The translations under genes and the position numbers were made by a program. 64,000 bases of DNA from Candidatus Fermentibacteraceae bacterium (GTDB lineage: Bacteria > Fermentibacterota > Fermentibacteria > Fermentibacterales > JCC-6). Every line of letters begins with the position of its first letter. Within the stretch, counting starts at the first letter, position 1. The notes below the pieces were generated by a model. That model ran no database searches and was not told where the DNA came from. It was given only the letters and a program-made list of their open reading frames with translations. This document shows, piece after piece, positions 20,404-29,153 of this stretch. The DNA lies in assembly GCA_041750285.1 (NCBI GenBank), contig JBGSZS010000016.1:43591-107590 (forward strand). Reading direction: 5' to 3'.

Positions 20404-21747
20404 ATGGGAAAGATCATGTACGTGCGCGACCCGGTTCACGGATCCATCAAGCTGTCAAAACTGCAGGAAGAACTCCTGAAAACGGTCGAGGTGCAGCGAC
20501 TCAGCTTCATCCACCAGCTGGGTACCACATTCCAGTGTTATCCCGGAGCACACGGTATGCGGCTTGCCCACGCCGTGGGGGTGTCCCACCTGGCGGGCGT
20601 CATTGCACGGCACATAGCCGACCAGGACCTTTCCTCCGAATCATCCGGCGCCGACGGGGTGATGATGCTCGTTCAGGCCGCAGGGATGCTGCACGACATC
20701 GGGCACACTCCCTGGTCCCATACGCTCGAACCCCTCTACGCGGAGATGTACGGTGTTGATCACATGGGGCTCGTTGCCGATCTGGTCACGGGAAGGCAGG
20801 TGATGAACGTACGCGGTTCCGGGCGGATACCGGAGATACTCGGCAAATGGGGGGTGGATCCAAACTTGGTCGCGGACCTTGTGCAGAACCGCTTTCAGGG
20901 CCCGTCGTACATCCAGCAGATGATCTTCGGAGAGGTTGACGCCGACATGCTGGATTACCTTCAGCGTGACTTTCATTTCACAGGCGTCGCGTACGGCCAC
21001 ATCGAGGCCGACCGGATCATCAGCACGATGACGGTGCGCGAAAACAGGCTCGTTTTCCAGCTCAAGGGACTCGATGCGGTCAGGGACTTCCTTCTGGCAA
21101 GGTTCCACATGTACTCAAGCGTCTATCTTCACCGGAAAACGAGGATCGTTGATCAGATGCTCCTTGCGGCGACACGCAGAAGCGTGCTCGAGCTCGGAGA
21201 GGTCCCGGACTTTCATTTCATGACCGACGACGAGCTTCTGAGCCACCTCCTTACACTGTCGGCCGATCCATGGGTCAGGGAGATGGCCTGGAGAGTCAAG
21301 TTCCGACAGGGGCTCTTTACCCAGGTTTTCAGCATAGGAGCCCTTGCCAGCTCCGACAGGCATGCCGGATTCATCGCCGGCATCCTCTCCGAAACGCCAA
21401 GGGGGACTGCAACTGCCCTTGCACGGCGGATTTCATCCGAGTCCGGTGTGGATGAGCGCTTCATTATCGTCGATCTGCCCGTCGAAGCGGTGAAAACCAG
21501 CGAAGAGCGTTTTCAGAAGCTGGACATCAGGTTTATTGGAACGGGCGAATCACTGGAATCCATCGAAAGCGTGGATCCCGCCTTCGCGCGCTACCTGGGC
21601 GAGATGAAACCGAACCGCAGCCTGATAACAGTCTGCTGTGCTCCCGAGTACAGGGAGCGTGTCGCCGCGTCATGTGAGAAGCTCTTCAGGGATTCGGTCA
21701 TGCCGCTGTTTACGGGCGAGGATCAGGAGTGCTCGCCGTCGAGGTAG
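20404..21747 (+). CDS. HD-domain phosphohydrolase, SAMHD1/dNTP triphosphohydrolase-like
   Basis: RDPVHG, QRLSFIHQLG, MLHDIGH, DADMLDYLQRD and MYSSVYLH. Confidence 0.88.
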   Translation: MGKIMYVRDPVHGSIKLSKLQEELLKTVEVQRLSFIHQLGTTFQCYPGAHGMRLAHAVGVSHLAGVIARHIADQDLSSESSGADGVMMLVQAAGMLHDIGHTPWSHTLEPLYAEMYGVDHMGLVADLVTGRQVMNVRGSGRIPEILGKWGVDPNLVADLVQNRFQGPSYIQQMIFGEVDADMLDYLQRDFHFTGVAYGHIEADRIISTMTVRENRLVFQLKGLDAVRDFLLARFHMYSSVYLHRKTRIVDQMLLAATRRSVLELGEVPDFHFMTDDELLSHLLTLSADPWVREMAWRVKFRQGLFTQVFSIGALASSDRHAGFIAGILSETPRGTATALARRISSESGVDERFIIVDLPVEAVKTSEERFQKLDIRFIGTGESLESIESVDPAFARYLGEMKPNRSLITVCCAPEYRERVAASCEKLFRDSVMPLFTGEDQECSPSR

Positions 21748-22559
21748 GTGGGTCCGGTCGCGGTGCCGCAGTTCCCGCAGGTAAACCGCAGGTGCTCCCA
21801 CATTCCGATGGAGTTGTACCAGTTCACCCGTGATGCATCGGGGCGCGCCATTACAGAACCGCATTTGGGGCACTTCCACCCTTCCCCGCGAGCCCTTCGT
21901 ATGCTTTTCAGGGAGTCCTCCAGCAGTGGAAGGTACTGATGGTTGCCCGCCTTCTCAGCGATGCGGATCGGAGTGAGACCCGAACCGTTCCTGTGATAGG
22001 CCTTGGCGCCATGCTTAAGCAGCACTCTTATTATCGTCTTCTTGTTTTTTCCGGCGACAGCTATGTGGATGGGTGCATCACCCGCCGAGTTCTCGGCCCC
22101 CGCATCGGCTCCGGCTGACAGCAGAAGCCTGCATATCTCCTCCCTGCCCTCGCTTACGGCCACATGAAGGGCCGACTCTCCGGAGATGGATGTCGCGGCA
22201 GGAGATGCGCCGATCTCCAGGAAAGCCTTGACCACATCCACCAGCCCCGCCCTGACCGCGAGATGGACTGGGGATTCTCCCCCCTCTCCCATCGGCTTGT
22301 TGATATCACCGCCCCTGCTCACGATGTTCCTGAAAATGGACAGGAGCAGGCCGGGGTCGATGGTCTCGCTGCAGGCCCGTTCCACAAGCGCCTGAACAAG
22401 GCTTCTGCCATCGCGCAAAGACTTGCCTGTCATTTCATAACGACCGCCGGAGAGACTCTCTATCTTCTCCCAGTCGGGTGAAGGTTTTGCAATCTCGCCA
22501 AGCATCTTCCGTAGATTACTGGTAAAGAGAGCCAAGTCTTCCTCCAGGGGATGGATCAA
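21723..22559 (-). CDS. Ankyrin-repeat protein with a C-terminal CxxC...CxxC zinc ribbon
   Basis: Ankyrin repeats GESPVHLA, GESALHVA, GDAPIHIA and GLTPIRIA, followed by CPKC and CGNC. Confidence 0.88.
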   Translation of the reverse strand: MIHPLEEDLALFTSNLRKMLGEIAKPSPDWEKIESLSGGRYEMTGKSLRDGRSLVQALVERACSETIDPGLLLSIFRNIVSRGGDINKPMGEGGESPVHLAVRAGLVDVVKAFLEIGASPAATSISGESALHVAVSEGREEICRLLLSAGADAGAENSAGDAPIHIAVAGKNKKTIIRVLLKHGAKAYHRNGSGLTPIRIAEKAGNHQYLPLLEDSLKSIRRARGEGWKCPKCGSVMARPDASRVNWYNSIGMWEHLRFTCGNCGTATGPTYLDGEHS

Positions 22560-22591
22560 CCTTGTCGGGAAACGGGTGAATTATGCTAAAA

Positions 22592-24733
22592 TCACTCGGG
22601 GGAGTCATCCCTCATCCTTCTCATTGAAGTCACGAGAGTGTTGATGAGCCTTACGAGCTCCCCGGGCGGGCTGGGCTTGGGTAGAAAGACAACCCTTTCA
22701 TGGGCAAGGAGAGCCTGGATCCCTTCCGGTTTCTCGTAGCCGCTGGTAAGTATGACCGCCATCCTGCCGAAGTTCTCCAGACAATGGGCAGCGATGCCGA
22801 TCGAGGGCGTTCCGGGCATGTTCAGGTCCAGAACGATCACGTCATAGATCCCCCTGGAGAGCTCGTCCATGGTCTCGTCCCCCCCGGAGGCAGTCACGAC
22901 CTGAAAGTCCTGGCTTCGAAGGAACTCACCCAGGGTCTCCCGCACCAGGTCCACATCGTCGGCCAGAAGCACCCTAACTCCGTTGTCACCGGAGGTGAAG
23001 GCCGACGATGGGACATCAGCGGAACCCTGGGAAGCGATGCCTTTGAGAACAAGGCAGAGAATCGTTTCCCCCATCCCCCTTTCAAAGCTTATCCAGCCCC
23101 CGAACTCGAGGGATGCGCGGTAGGCCGTGCCGTAAGCTGTTCCGAACTGCCGGTCGACATCGGCCGGCTCGTATTCACGGGCCGAGAAAACATCCCTCAG
23201 CTCTGGTGGCATGATGAACCCGTCGGAGTATCTGAGGCAGATCCTGCTTCCCCTCTCCACATCCGGAGAAAGGATCTGTCTTGGCAGCCTGTCAGAGAGG
23301 TTTATTCTGATCCTTCCCGTCCCGCCCTTCATCTGGTCGCTTGAGGCCAGCGCGAGACTGAAGAAGAACTGCCTGAGCAGACCTCTGTCCACCATTATCT
23401 TGTATCTTGAGACCCCTCCGGCCTCCACTGTTATGTTGAAAGGCATCACGCTGCGAAGGACCTGAGATATCCTTGCCATCTCGTGTGACGGATCACATAT
23501 GCCCGACTCGCTTCCCGCGTTCAGAAGAAGGAGCTGAAGCTCACTGCACACGTCGGAGAGCTTGCCGGCCTCTTTCAGAATGTCGCGGAAACGTCCGGCC
23601 AGCTCCCAGTCCACAGTTGCCTCACGTATGCCGAGCGAGGCGGCTCCCACGATTCCAGCCACCCTGTTGTTGAGATCATGGGCCAGCCCCCTGACCATTC
23701 CGGTGAGGACCTCCTGTTCCTGCCGGGCTTCCGTTTCTACGGCAATCCTTTCCGGTGGCATCCCGCCCGGTCTGTCCGAAAGCAGGAAGAGGACTCCACC
23801 CAGTATCCTCGATCCGGCCATGACGGGTTGATACAGGGCTTCGACTCTCTGTGCGGACCCCGATGCCCGGGCCAGATCAACTTTCTCCCGGAATGAGCTT
23901 CGACTATTGAGGCACTTGTCCCTGAAGGACTGTGGAAGTGAGATGAGGGAGCTGAACGATCTGGAACCACTGCCGGATTCCGGCTCGAGGATCGCTGCCG
24001 CCCCGGAGCTCATGGATGCGACAAGGCCACTGCCGTCGATCAGCACGACGGGAACACCCGAGTCCCCGGTGACCGCTTTCATCGCTTCGGCAAAGAAGAG
24101 GCACTCCGGTGAGCCTGCGGACTTGTCGGTGAACCGGTTCATCTCGCTTCTGCGTCTGATCATGGAGAGGAGGAGAACGGTGATGGGGCTAAGTGAGATT
24201 ATTACTATTGATAACATAGTAATAACTATACCATTTCTCAGGAATTCGTACTTTTTTATTGATGTTTCCCAGTATACATCACGATAGAGAAAAAGGCTTC
24301 TTCCCTCTGGATGTGTTCTTGTGTATCGGATAATAAATGACTTGTTTTGCTCACCCGATGAAGCAATGTCTTCCAGGGATTCGCCCGTCGCAGAAGCCTC
24401 TTCGGACAGAACAAGCTCCATCGAATCCAGCCCGGCCAGTCCCTGCCGGATCCTTCCACAGCCGGGTTCCGATTCTCCTCGCACGCGCATTTCAAGGGCC
24501 GCAACCTCTTCGCATAGAGCGGCATGCATGTGTACCTGGCTTACCCGGGCCCTTCCTGAGTCCCGAAGGACATTTCCCGAGTAGAACGCCCATAACGCTG
24601 AGGCGACCAAAGCGATAAGAACTCCCGACGCGAGAGGGGCGAATATTCTTGCCATCTCGCGGCTGTCGCGAGAGTTAACGTCTGGAAGCGCGTCGAGGCT
24701 GAAAGTCCTGTTCATGGCGGTTTTTCCCTTCAC
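22592..24733 (-). CDS. Membrane hybrid sensor kinase/response regulator with a degenerate HATPase domain
   Basis: Two TM segments, a PAS-like region, H-box GLAHDLNN and a C-terminal REC domain (LADD, VLDLNMP, LPKP). The N and G boxes are degenerate. Confidence 0.8.
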   Translation of the reverse strand: MKGKTAMNRTFSLDALPDVNSRDSREMARIFAPLASGVLIALVASALWAFYSGNVLRDSGRARVSQVHMHAALCEEVAALEMRVRGESEPGCGRIRQGLAGLDSMELVLSEEASATGESLEDIASSGEQNKSFIIRYTRTHPEGRSLFLYRDVYWETSIKKYEFLRNGIVITMLSIVIISLSPITVLLLSMIRRRSEMNRFTDKSAGSPECLFFAEAMKAVTGDSGVPVVLIDGSGLVASMSSGAAAILEPESGSGSRSFSSLISLPQSFRDKCLNSRSSFREKVDLARASGSAQRVEALYQPVMAGSRILGGVLFLLSDRPGGMPPERIAVETEARQEQEVLTGMVRGLAHDLNNRVAGIVGAASLGIREATVDWELAGRFRDILKEAGKLSDVCSELQLLLLNAGSESGICDPSHEMARISQVLRSVMPFNITVEAGGVSRYKIMVDRGLLRQFFFSLALASSDQMKGGTGRIRINLSDRLPRQILSPDVERGSRICLRYSDGFIMPPELRDVFSAREYEPADVDRQFGTAYGTAYRASLEFGGWISFERGMGETILCLVLKGIASQGSADVPSSAFTSGDNGVRVLLADDVDLVRETLGEFLRSQDFQVVTASGGDETMDELSRGIYDVIVLDLNMPGTPSIGIAAHCLENFGRMAVILTSGYEKPEGIQALLAHERVVFLPKPSPPGELVRLINTLVTSMRRMRDDSPE

Positions 24734-24786
24734 ACGGCTTCATTCATGCAACATGGCTTCATTCGCCGGAAATCGCAAGGAGTAAA

Positions 24787-24815
24787 TTGACATGTCTTGA
24801 GTCATCTCTTATTAT
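24787..24815 (+). promoter_or_regulatory. Sigma70-type promoter of the recombinase-like gene
   Basis: TTGACA (24787-24792), a 17-nt spacer and TATTAT (24810-24815). Confidence 0.7.
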
Positions 24816-24861
24816 TTAGTGTACCTGCGCTAATCGACCAATCATAGCGAACAAGAAAGGA

Positions 24862-25707
24862 ATGAAAAATATGGATTTCATCGAACGCACAAAAAAGCAG
24901 CTCGCTGAAACCGGACGAAGCCCGAAAACGGCAAACAGCTACATCTCCCATCTTAGAAGGCTTGTCGGGCACTTCGGCGAGGAAACCGGAAGCCTTGACC
25001 CCGAAGCGCTCCGCAGCTACCTCGAAGAGATGGTGGAAGAGGGCAAATCCCTCTCCTATCTCAACCAGGCTCAGAGCGCCATCAGATACCTGTACACACA
25101 GGTTCTTGACAAGGCCAATCCACTGCCGAGTCCCAGCGTCATAGCCAAGAGGATCCCCCTCCATGGGCTCTTCGCACGTGAAGAGATAGCCGCCCTCTTC
25201 CAGCATGTGCATGAACTCAAGTATCGTCTCGCCCTCATGTTCATCTATTCCAGCGGCCTCAGGGTCAGCGAAACAGCCATTCTCAAGCGCGAGAACGTTG
25301 ACATGGCCAACCACATAATACACGTGTACTCCTTCGAGGGCGATTACCAGAGGGACACGATACTCTCCCGCAAGGCCGGCCGCATTCTCAGCCAGTACCT
25401 CGAGCTTCGTACCGATCCCTCGCCTTACCTGTTCCCGGGCAGGGCCCATACAAGCTACGTGTCCGCCAGAACCATCCAGCGTGCTTTTATCGATGCGCTG
25501 GACGAGGCCGGGATCACAAAGCGCGCCACCCTTGGCTGGCTCAGGCACAGCTTCGCCGTACACCTCCTGGAAGACGGCGTTGACAGACGGCTTGTCCAGA
25601 AACTTCTGGGCATTACCACACCCTCCATGATCACGCCCTACCTCAAACTCGCAAAAGACAGGTCCGAACTGAGGGTCATGAGCCCTCTCGACCGCTTCGA
25701 CTCTTAA
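24862..25707 (+). CDS. Tyrosine recombinase, integron-integrase-like, with a degenerate catalytic set
   Basis: SAM-like N-domain (SPKTANSY, LNQAQSAIRYLY), YSSGLRVSE, LRHSFAVHLLE and C-terminal SPLD. Confidence 0.85.
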   Translation: MKNMDFIERTKKQLAETGRSPKTANSYISHLRRLVGHFGEETGSLDPEALRSYLEEMVEEGKSLSYLNQAQSAIRYLYTQVLDKANPLPSPSVIAKRIPLHGLFAREEIAALFQHVHELKYRLALMFIYSSGLRVSETAILKRENVDMANHIIHVYSFEGDYQRDTILSRKAGRILSQYLELRTDPSPYLFPGRAHTSYVSARTIQRAFIDALDEAGITKRATLGWLRHSFAVHLLEDGVDRRLVQKLLGITTPSMITPYLKLAKDRSELRVMSPLDRFDS

Positions 25708-25723
25708 AAAAACGCTTCGAAAC

Positions 25724-25749
25724 GCCGGGGGGATCCATTTCCCCCCGGC
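25724..25749. terminator. Hairpin terminator between convergent genes
   Basis: GCCGGGGGGA-TCCATT-TCCCCCCGGC, a perfect 10-bp stem. Confidence 0.75.
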
Positions 25750-25753
25750 TTCA

Positions 25754-27259
25754 CTATTCAATCACGGTCATCTTTGTCCGTTCGACACCCTGTATCGACT
25801 CGATCCTGACGAGATAGCAGCCGGAACCCAGCTCATGCGGCAGAACCGACTCCCCTCGATCCATTCTCCCCTGCAGTATCAGCCTTCCGGAGAGGTCGAA
25901 GACCGAGACGGTCACAGCGAGATCCAGGGGGAACGAGAAGGTCAGCCCATTGGTGGATGGGTTGCGAATAGCCGGCAGGGCCGGTCTCTGACCTTCCGGC
26001 ACGCCAAGCTCGATGGAACTTGCCAGAGCCCATGCGTGCTCGGGGGTGGATTCCTGGTCCTGCAATCCGGCAATCACCACCGGGCTCGGATAATCGAGCA
26101 TTGCCACCGAGACATTGTACACCCTTTCATCGAACGGCATCTGCCAGACCGGCTCCCCGGTCAGGGCGTTCAAAAGGCTCACGCTTCTCCCGTTTACTGA
26201 AGCTGCTGCCACACATGGAGTCTCCAGACCATCCAGAAGCACCGGATCAACCCAGGTGACCGACCATGTGTTGGAACCCGAGGGGAAGGTCCATTCAGTT
26301 CCACCGTTGAAACCGTTGAGGCACGCCACTCCTCCATTGTCGGCAGCAAGGGCCACCTCCCCGATCCCGTCTCCGTTCAGGTCGGGTCCGCCCTCAACCT
26401 CCATGTACATCCCGCTGCCTTCGTAACTCCATGCAGGGGTGCCTCCCGCCGCAAAACAGGCCACTTTGCCGTTGAAGGTGCAGAAAACGGCAAGGGGGTG
26501 CGTGTCGGCCCGGTCAACGGTACTCACGCTCATGCAATCCCCGCCCGGATCGGCCTGCCACAGAAGGCTTCCGTCCGAACTGCTGTAGAGCCTTGCAGTC
26601 TGGGTGCTGTAGCCGTTACCGCCGATTGCTGCAAGCAGATCGCCGTATCCGTCACCGTCCAGGTCGATGAAGGAGGCCAGAGACTCAACGGCATCAGGCT
26701 GCCACGCCGTCCACAGTGAGTCACCCGTTGCCCCGTTCAGACAGACTAAAAGGCCTGTGTTGGAGGAACCCGAGGTGCCGAACCCGCCGGCTGCTTCTGG
26801 AATGCCGTCACCTGTCAGATCAGGCAGCACGGCACAGCTGTATCCCCAGCCTGTATAAACAGGCATGATCTCACATGCGGCCCATTCCCAGACCACTGCC
26901 CCATCGCCCCCTGAAACCAGTCTCAGGGTTCTGCCCGGAGGGGCATAACCTCCCGGAGTGGCCATCAGCAACTCGTTTTTTCCGTCTCCGGTAACATCGG
27001 GGAAAACGGTCATCCCTTCGTCGGAGTACACCCCGTTGTGGGCGTCACTGGTCCAGATCACTGCTCCGTCCGAACCGGAAAGCGCCCAGAGCGTTGGTTC
27101 ATCGTCCCAGAAGTTGACCCCCGAGACGACATCGCCCACCCCGTCCCCGTTCAGGTCTCCCATGTCGACCGAGCAGTAGACCCCGCCACTGGTGACATTG
27201 GACCAGAGCACCTGAGGAAGTTGGGAAAGAAGAAGCAGAACAAGCATTTCAGCCTCCAT
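25754..27259 (-). CDS. Secreted FG-GAP/PQQ-like beta-propeller protein with a Por/T9SS-type C-terminal domain
   Basis: Five Ca-loop motifs (DLNGDG, DVTGDG, DLTGDG, DLDGDG, DLNGDG) and repeated DG..W blades. CTD: RNP...VFDLSGR...GSGCYLVRI...KMTVIE. Confidence 0.8.
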   Translation of the reverse strand: MEAEMLVLLLLSQLPQVLWSNVTSGGVYCSVDMGDLNGDGVGDVVSGVNFWDDEPTLWALSGSDGAVIWTSDAHNGVYSDEGMTVFPDVTGDGKNELLMATPGGYAPPGRTLRLVSGGDGAVVWEWAACEIMPVYTGWGYSCAVLPDLTGDGIPEAAGGFGTSGSSNTGLLVCLNGATGDSLWTAWQPDAVESLASFIDLDGDGYGDLLAAIGGNGYSTQTARLYSSSDGSLLWQADPGGDCMSVSTVDRADTHPLAVFCTFNGKVACFAAGGTPAWSYEGSGMYMEVEGGPDLNGDGIGEVALAADNGGVACLNGFNGGTEWTFPSGSNTWSVTWVDPVLLDGLETPCVAAASVNGRSVSLLNALTGEPVWQMPFDERVYNVSVAMLDYPSPVVIAGLQDQESTPEHAWALASSIELGVPEGQRPALPAIRNPSTNGLTFSFPLDLAVTVSVFDLSGRLILQGRMDRGESVLPHELGSGCYLVRIESIQGVERTKMTVIE

Positions 27260-27309
27260 TCATGCCGCACTTCAACATAGAATGCGCAATGAGGCGGCCA
27301 CATGCAAGC

Positions 27310-27333
27310 GCGGGGGTGGAAAACCACCCCCGC
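27310..27333 (-). terminator. Hairpin terminator after the hydrogenase operon
   Basis: GCGGGGGTGG-AAAA-CCACCCCCGC, a perfect 10-bp stem about 40 nt past the hydA stop. Confidence 0.7.
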
Positions 27334-27374
27334 TTCGTTGCGATGCAATCAGTTACGTCAGCAAACTAATCTGT

Positions 27375-29153
27375 CTAAGTCCGTCCCCTTGCCTTGTACG
27401 TGGTGTGGAGGAGCTTGTGGGAGCGGTGGCCGAGGGGTTTCTCGAGGTATTCGGCGTAGATCATCTGGATCTCGGGGTTCTCGTGCGACTTCCTGAGGGG
27501 AAGCCTTTCGTCCTCGGCGTAGATGGCCTTCATGCGGGCAAGCCTGTGCTCCATGTCGGTCGGGATGGGCTGTCCGCCGCCGCCGATGCAGCCGCCGGGG
27601 CACGCCATGATCTCGATGAAGTGGTACGAGGCTTCTCCGCTCTCCACCATGCGCATGAGCTTGTCGGCGTTGGCAAGGCCATGGGCGATGGCGACCTTGA
27701 GGGTGGCTCCCGCAAGGAACTCCCAACCCGGAGCCATCTTCGAGGGCATCGGGATGTCGGCCTCCTTGATGCCTTCCATTCCCCTGACCGCGCAGATGTT
27801 GAGCCCGGGGAAGGGGACCTCCGAGCCGGTCACGACCTCGTAAGCAGTGCGGAGGGCGGCTTCCATGACGCCGCCGGTGGCTCCGAAGATCGCGGCCGCA
27901 CCCGTGGACTCACCCATGAACCTGTCGAAGGGTTCTTCCGGAAGGCGGTCGAACCTGAGGCCGGCCATCTTGATCATCCGGGCCAGCTCACGGGTCGTGA
28001 GAACGTAGTCGACGTCCTGGTATCCGCTGTCCCGCATCTCGGGGCGGTCCTTCTCGAACTTCTTGGCGGTGCAGGGCATGATGGAGACGCTGACGACCTT
28101 CGAGGGGTCGACGCCTTCCTTCTCGGCCAGGTAGGTCTTCGCAAGGGCACCGAACATCTGCTGGGGGCTCTTGCACGAGGAGAGGTTTGGAAGGAGGGCG
28201 CTGTGCTTGTGCTCGATGAACTTGATCCAGCCAGGCGAGCAGCTCGTGAACATCGGAAGGGCCACCGGCTCCTTGTCGACAAGGGCCTTCTTGAGACGGA
28301 AGAGCAGCTCGTGGCCCTCTTCCATGATGGTGAGGTCTGCGCTGAAGTCGGTATCGAGGACCCTGTTGAACCCGAGCCGTCTGAGGGCGGCAGCCATCTG
28401 GCCGGTGTTGTGGTCGGTGGGCAGACCCAGGGCTTCGCCAATGCCTACCCTGACCGCCGGTGCGGTCTGGACCACGACGAACTTGTCGGGGTCTTCGATG
28501 GCGGCAAGGACCTCGCCTATCTCGCTTCTCTCGTACAGTGCACCCGTCGGGCAGCGGTTGATGCACTGGCCGCACTGGGTGCAGGGCACCTCGGAGAGGC
28601 CCATGTCCTGGAATGTGCCGATGTAGACGTGGTTGGACCTTTCCATGGGCTTGATCACCGCGACGCTCTGAAGCTCCTCGCAGGTGCGGACGCACCTGGT
28701 GCACATTATGCAGCGGGACTCGTCCCTGACCACTCCCGGGCTGACTTCGATGAAGCTCTCGGGTTTGTCCATGGTCTGGAATGGGTTGTCGGTGAGGCAG
28801 TACCTTTCGGCAAGTTCCTGAAGCTCGCAGTTCTTGTTGCGAACGCACTCCGGGCAGTTCGAGTTGTGGCTTGCGAGTATCAGTTCAAGCACCGCCTTGC
28901 GGGACTTCCTAACCTTGGGGCTGTCCGTGTGAACGACCATGTTCGGGGTGATGGGGGTGATGCAGGCAGGCATGAGGGTCCGCGAGCCATCCACCTCCAC
29001 CACGCACACCCTGCAGTTGCCCGCAGTGGATATGTCCGGGTGGTGACACAGGGTGGGGATGTCGATGCCGCTCTGCCTGCAGGCTTCGAGCACCGTGACA
29101 CCCTCGCGCACCATGATGTCCTTACCGTTTACCTTGAGATTGATGCCGGGCAT
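27375..29153 (-). CDS. hydA: NADH-dependent [FeFe]-hydrogenase, group A catalytic subunit
   Basis: H-cluster motifs FTSCSPGW, MPCTAKKFE and EIMACPGGCIGGGGQP. The N-terminus has a 2Fe-2S motif, a His-ligated 4Fe-4S motif and two further 4Fe-4S motifs. Confidence 0.96.
   Translation of the reverse strand: MPGINLKVNGKDIMVREGVTVLEACRQSGIDIPTLCHHPDISTAGNCRVCVVEVDGSRTLMPACITPITPNMVVHTDSPKVRKSRKAVLELILASHNSNCPECVRNKNCELQELAERYCLTDNPFQTMDKPESFIEVSPGVVRDESRCIMCTRCVRTCEELQSVAVIKPMERSNHVYIGTFQDMGLSEVPCTQCGQCINRCPTGALYERSEIGEVLAAIEDPDKFVVVQTAPAVRVGIGEALGLPTDHNTGQMAAALRRLGFNRVLDTDFSADLTIMEEGHELLFRLKKALVDKEPVALPMFTSCSPGWIKFIEHKHSALLPNLSSCKSPQQMFGALAKTYLAEKEGVDPSKVVSVSIMPCTAKKFEKDRPEMRDSGYQDVDYVLTTRELARMIKMAGLRFDRLPEEPFDRFMGESTGAAAIFGATGGVMEAALRTAYEVVTGSEVPFPGLNICAVRGMEGIKEADIPMPSKMAPGWEFLAGATLKVAIAHGLANADKLMRMVESGEASYHFIEIMACPGGCIGGGGQPIPTDMEHRLARMKAIYAEDERLPLRKSHENPEIQMIYAEYLEKPLGHRSHKLLHTTYKARGRT

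Noticed and set aside
24802..25761. 319-aa ORF antisense to the recombinase
   Set aside because: It fully overlaps the recombinase on the opposite strand; such antisense frames are common opposite integrase genes and there is no independent support.
25708..27374. Integron cassette array next to the integrase-like gene
   Set aside because: No RYYYAAC...GTTRRRY attC structures or short cassette ORFs were seen; the hairpins present look like terminators.
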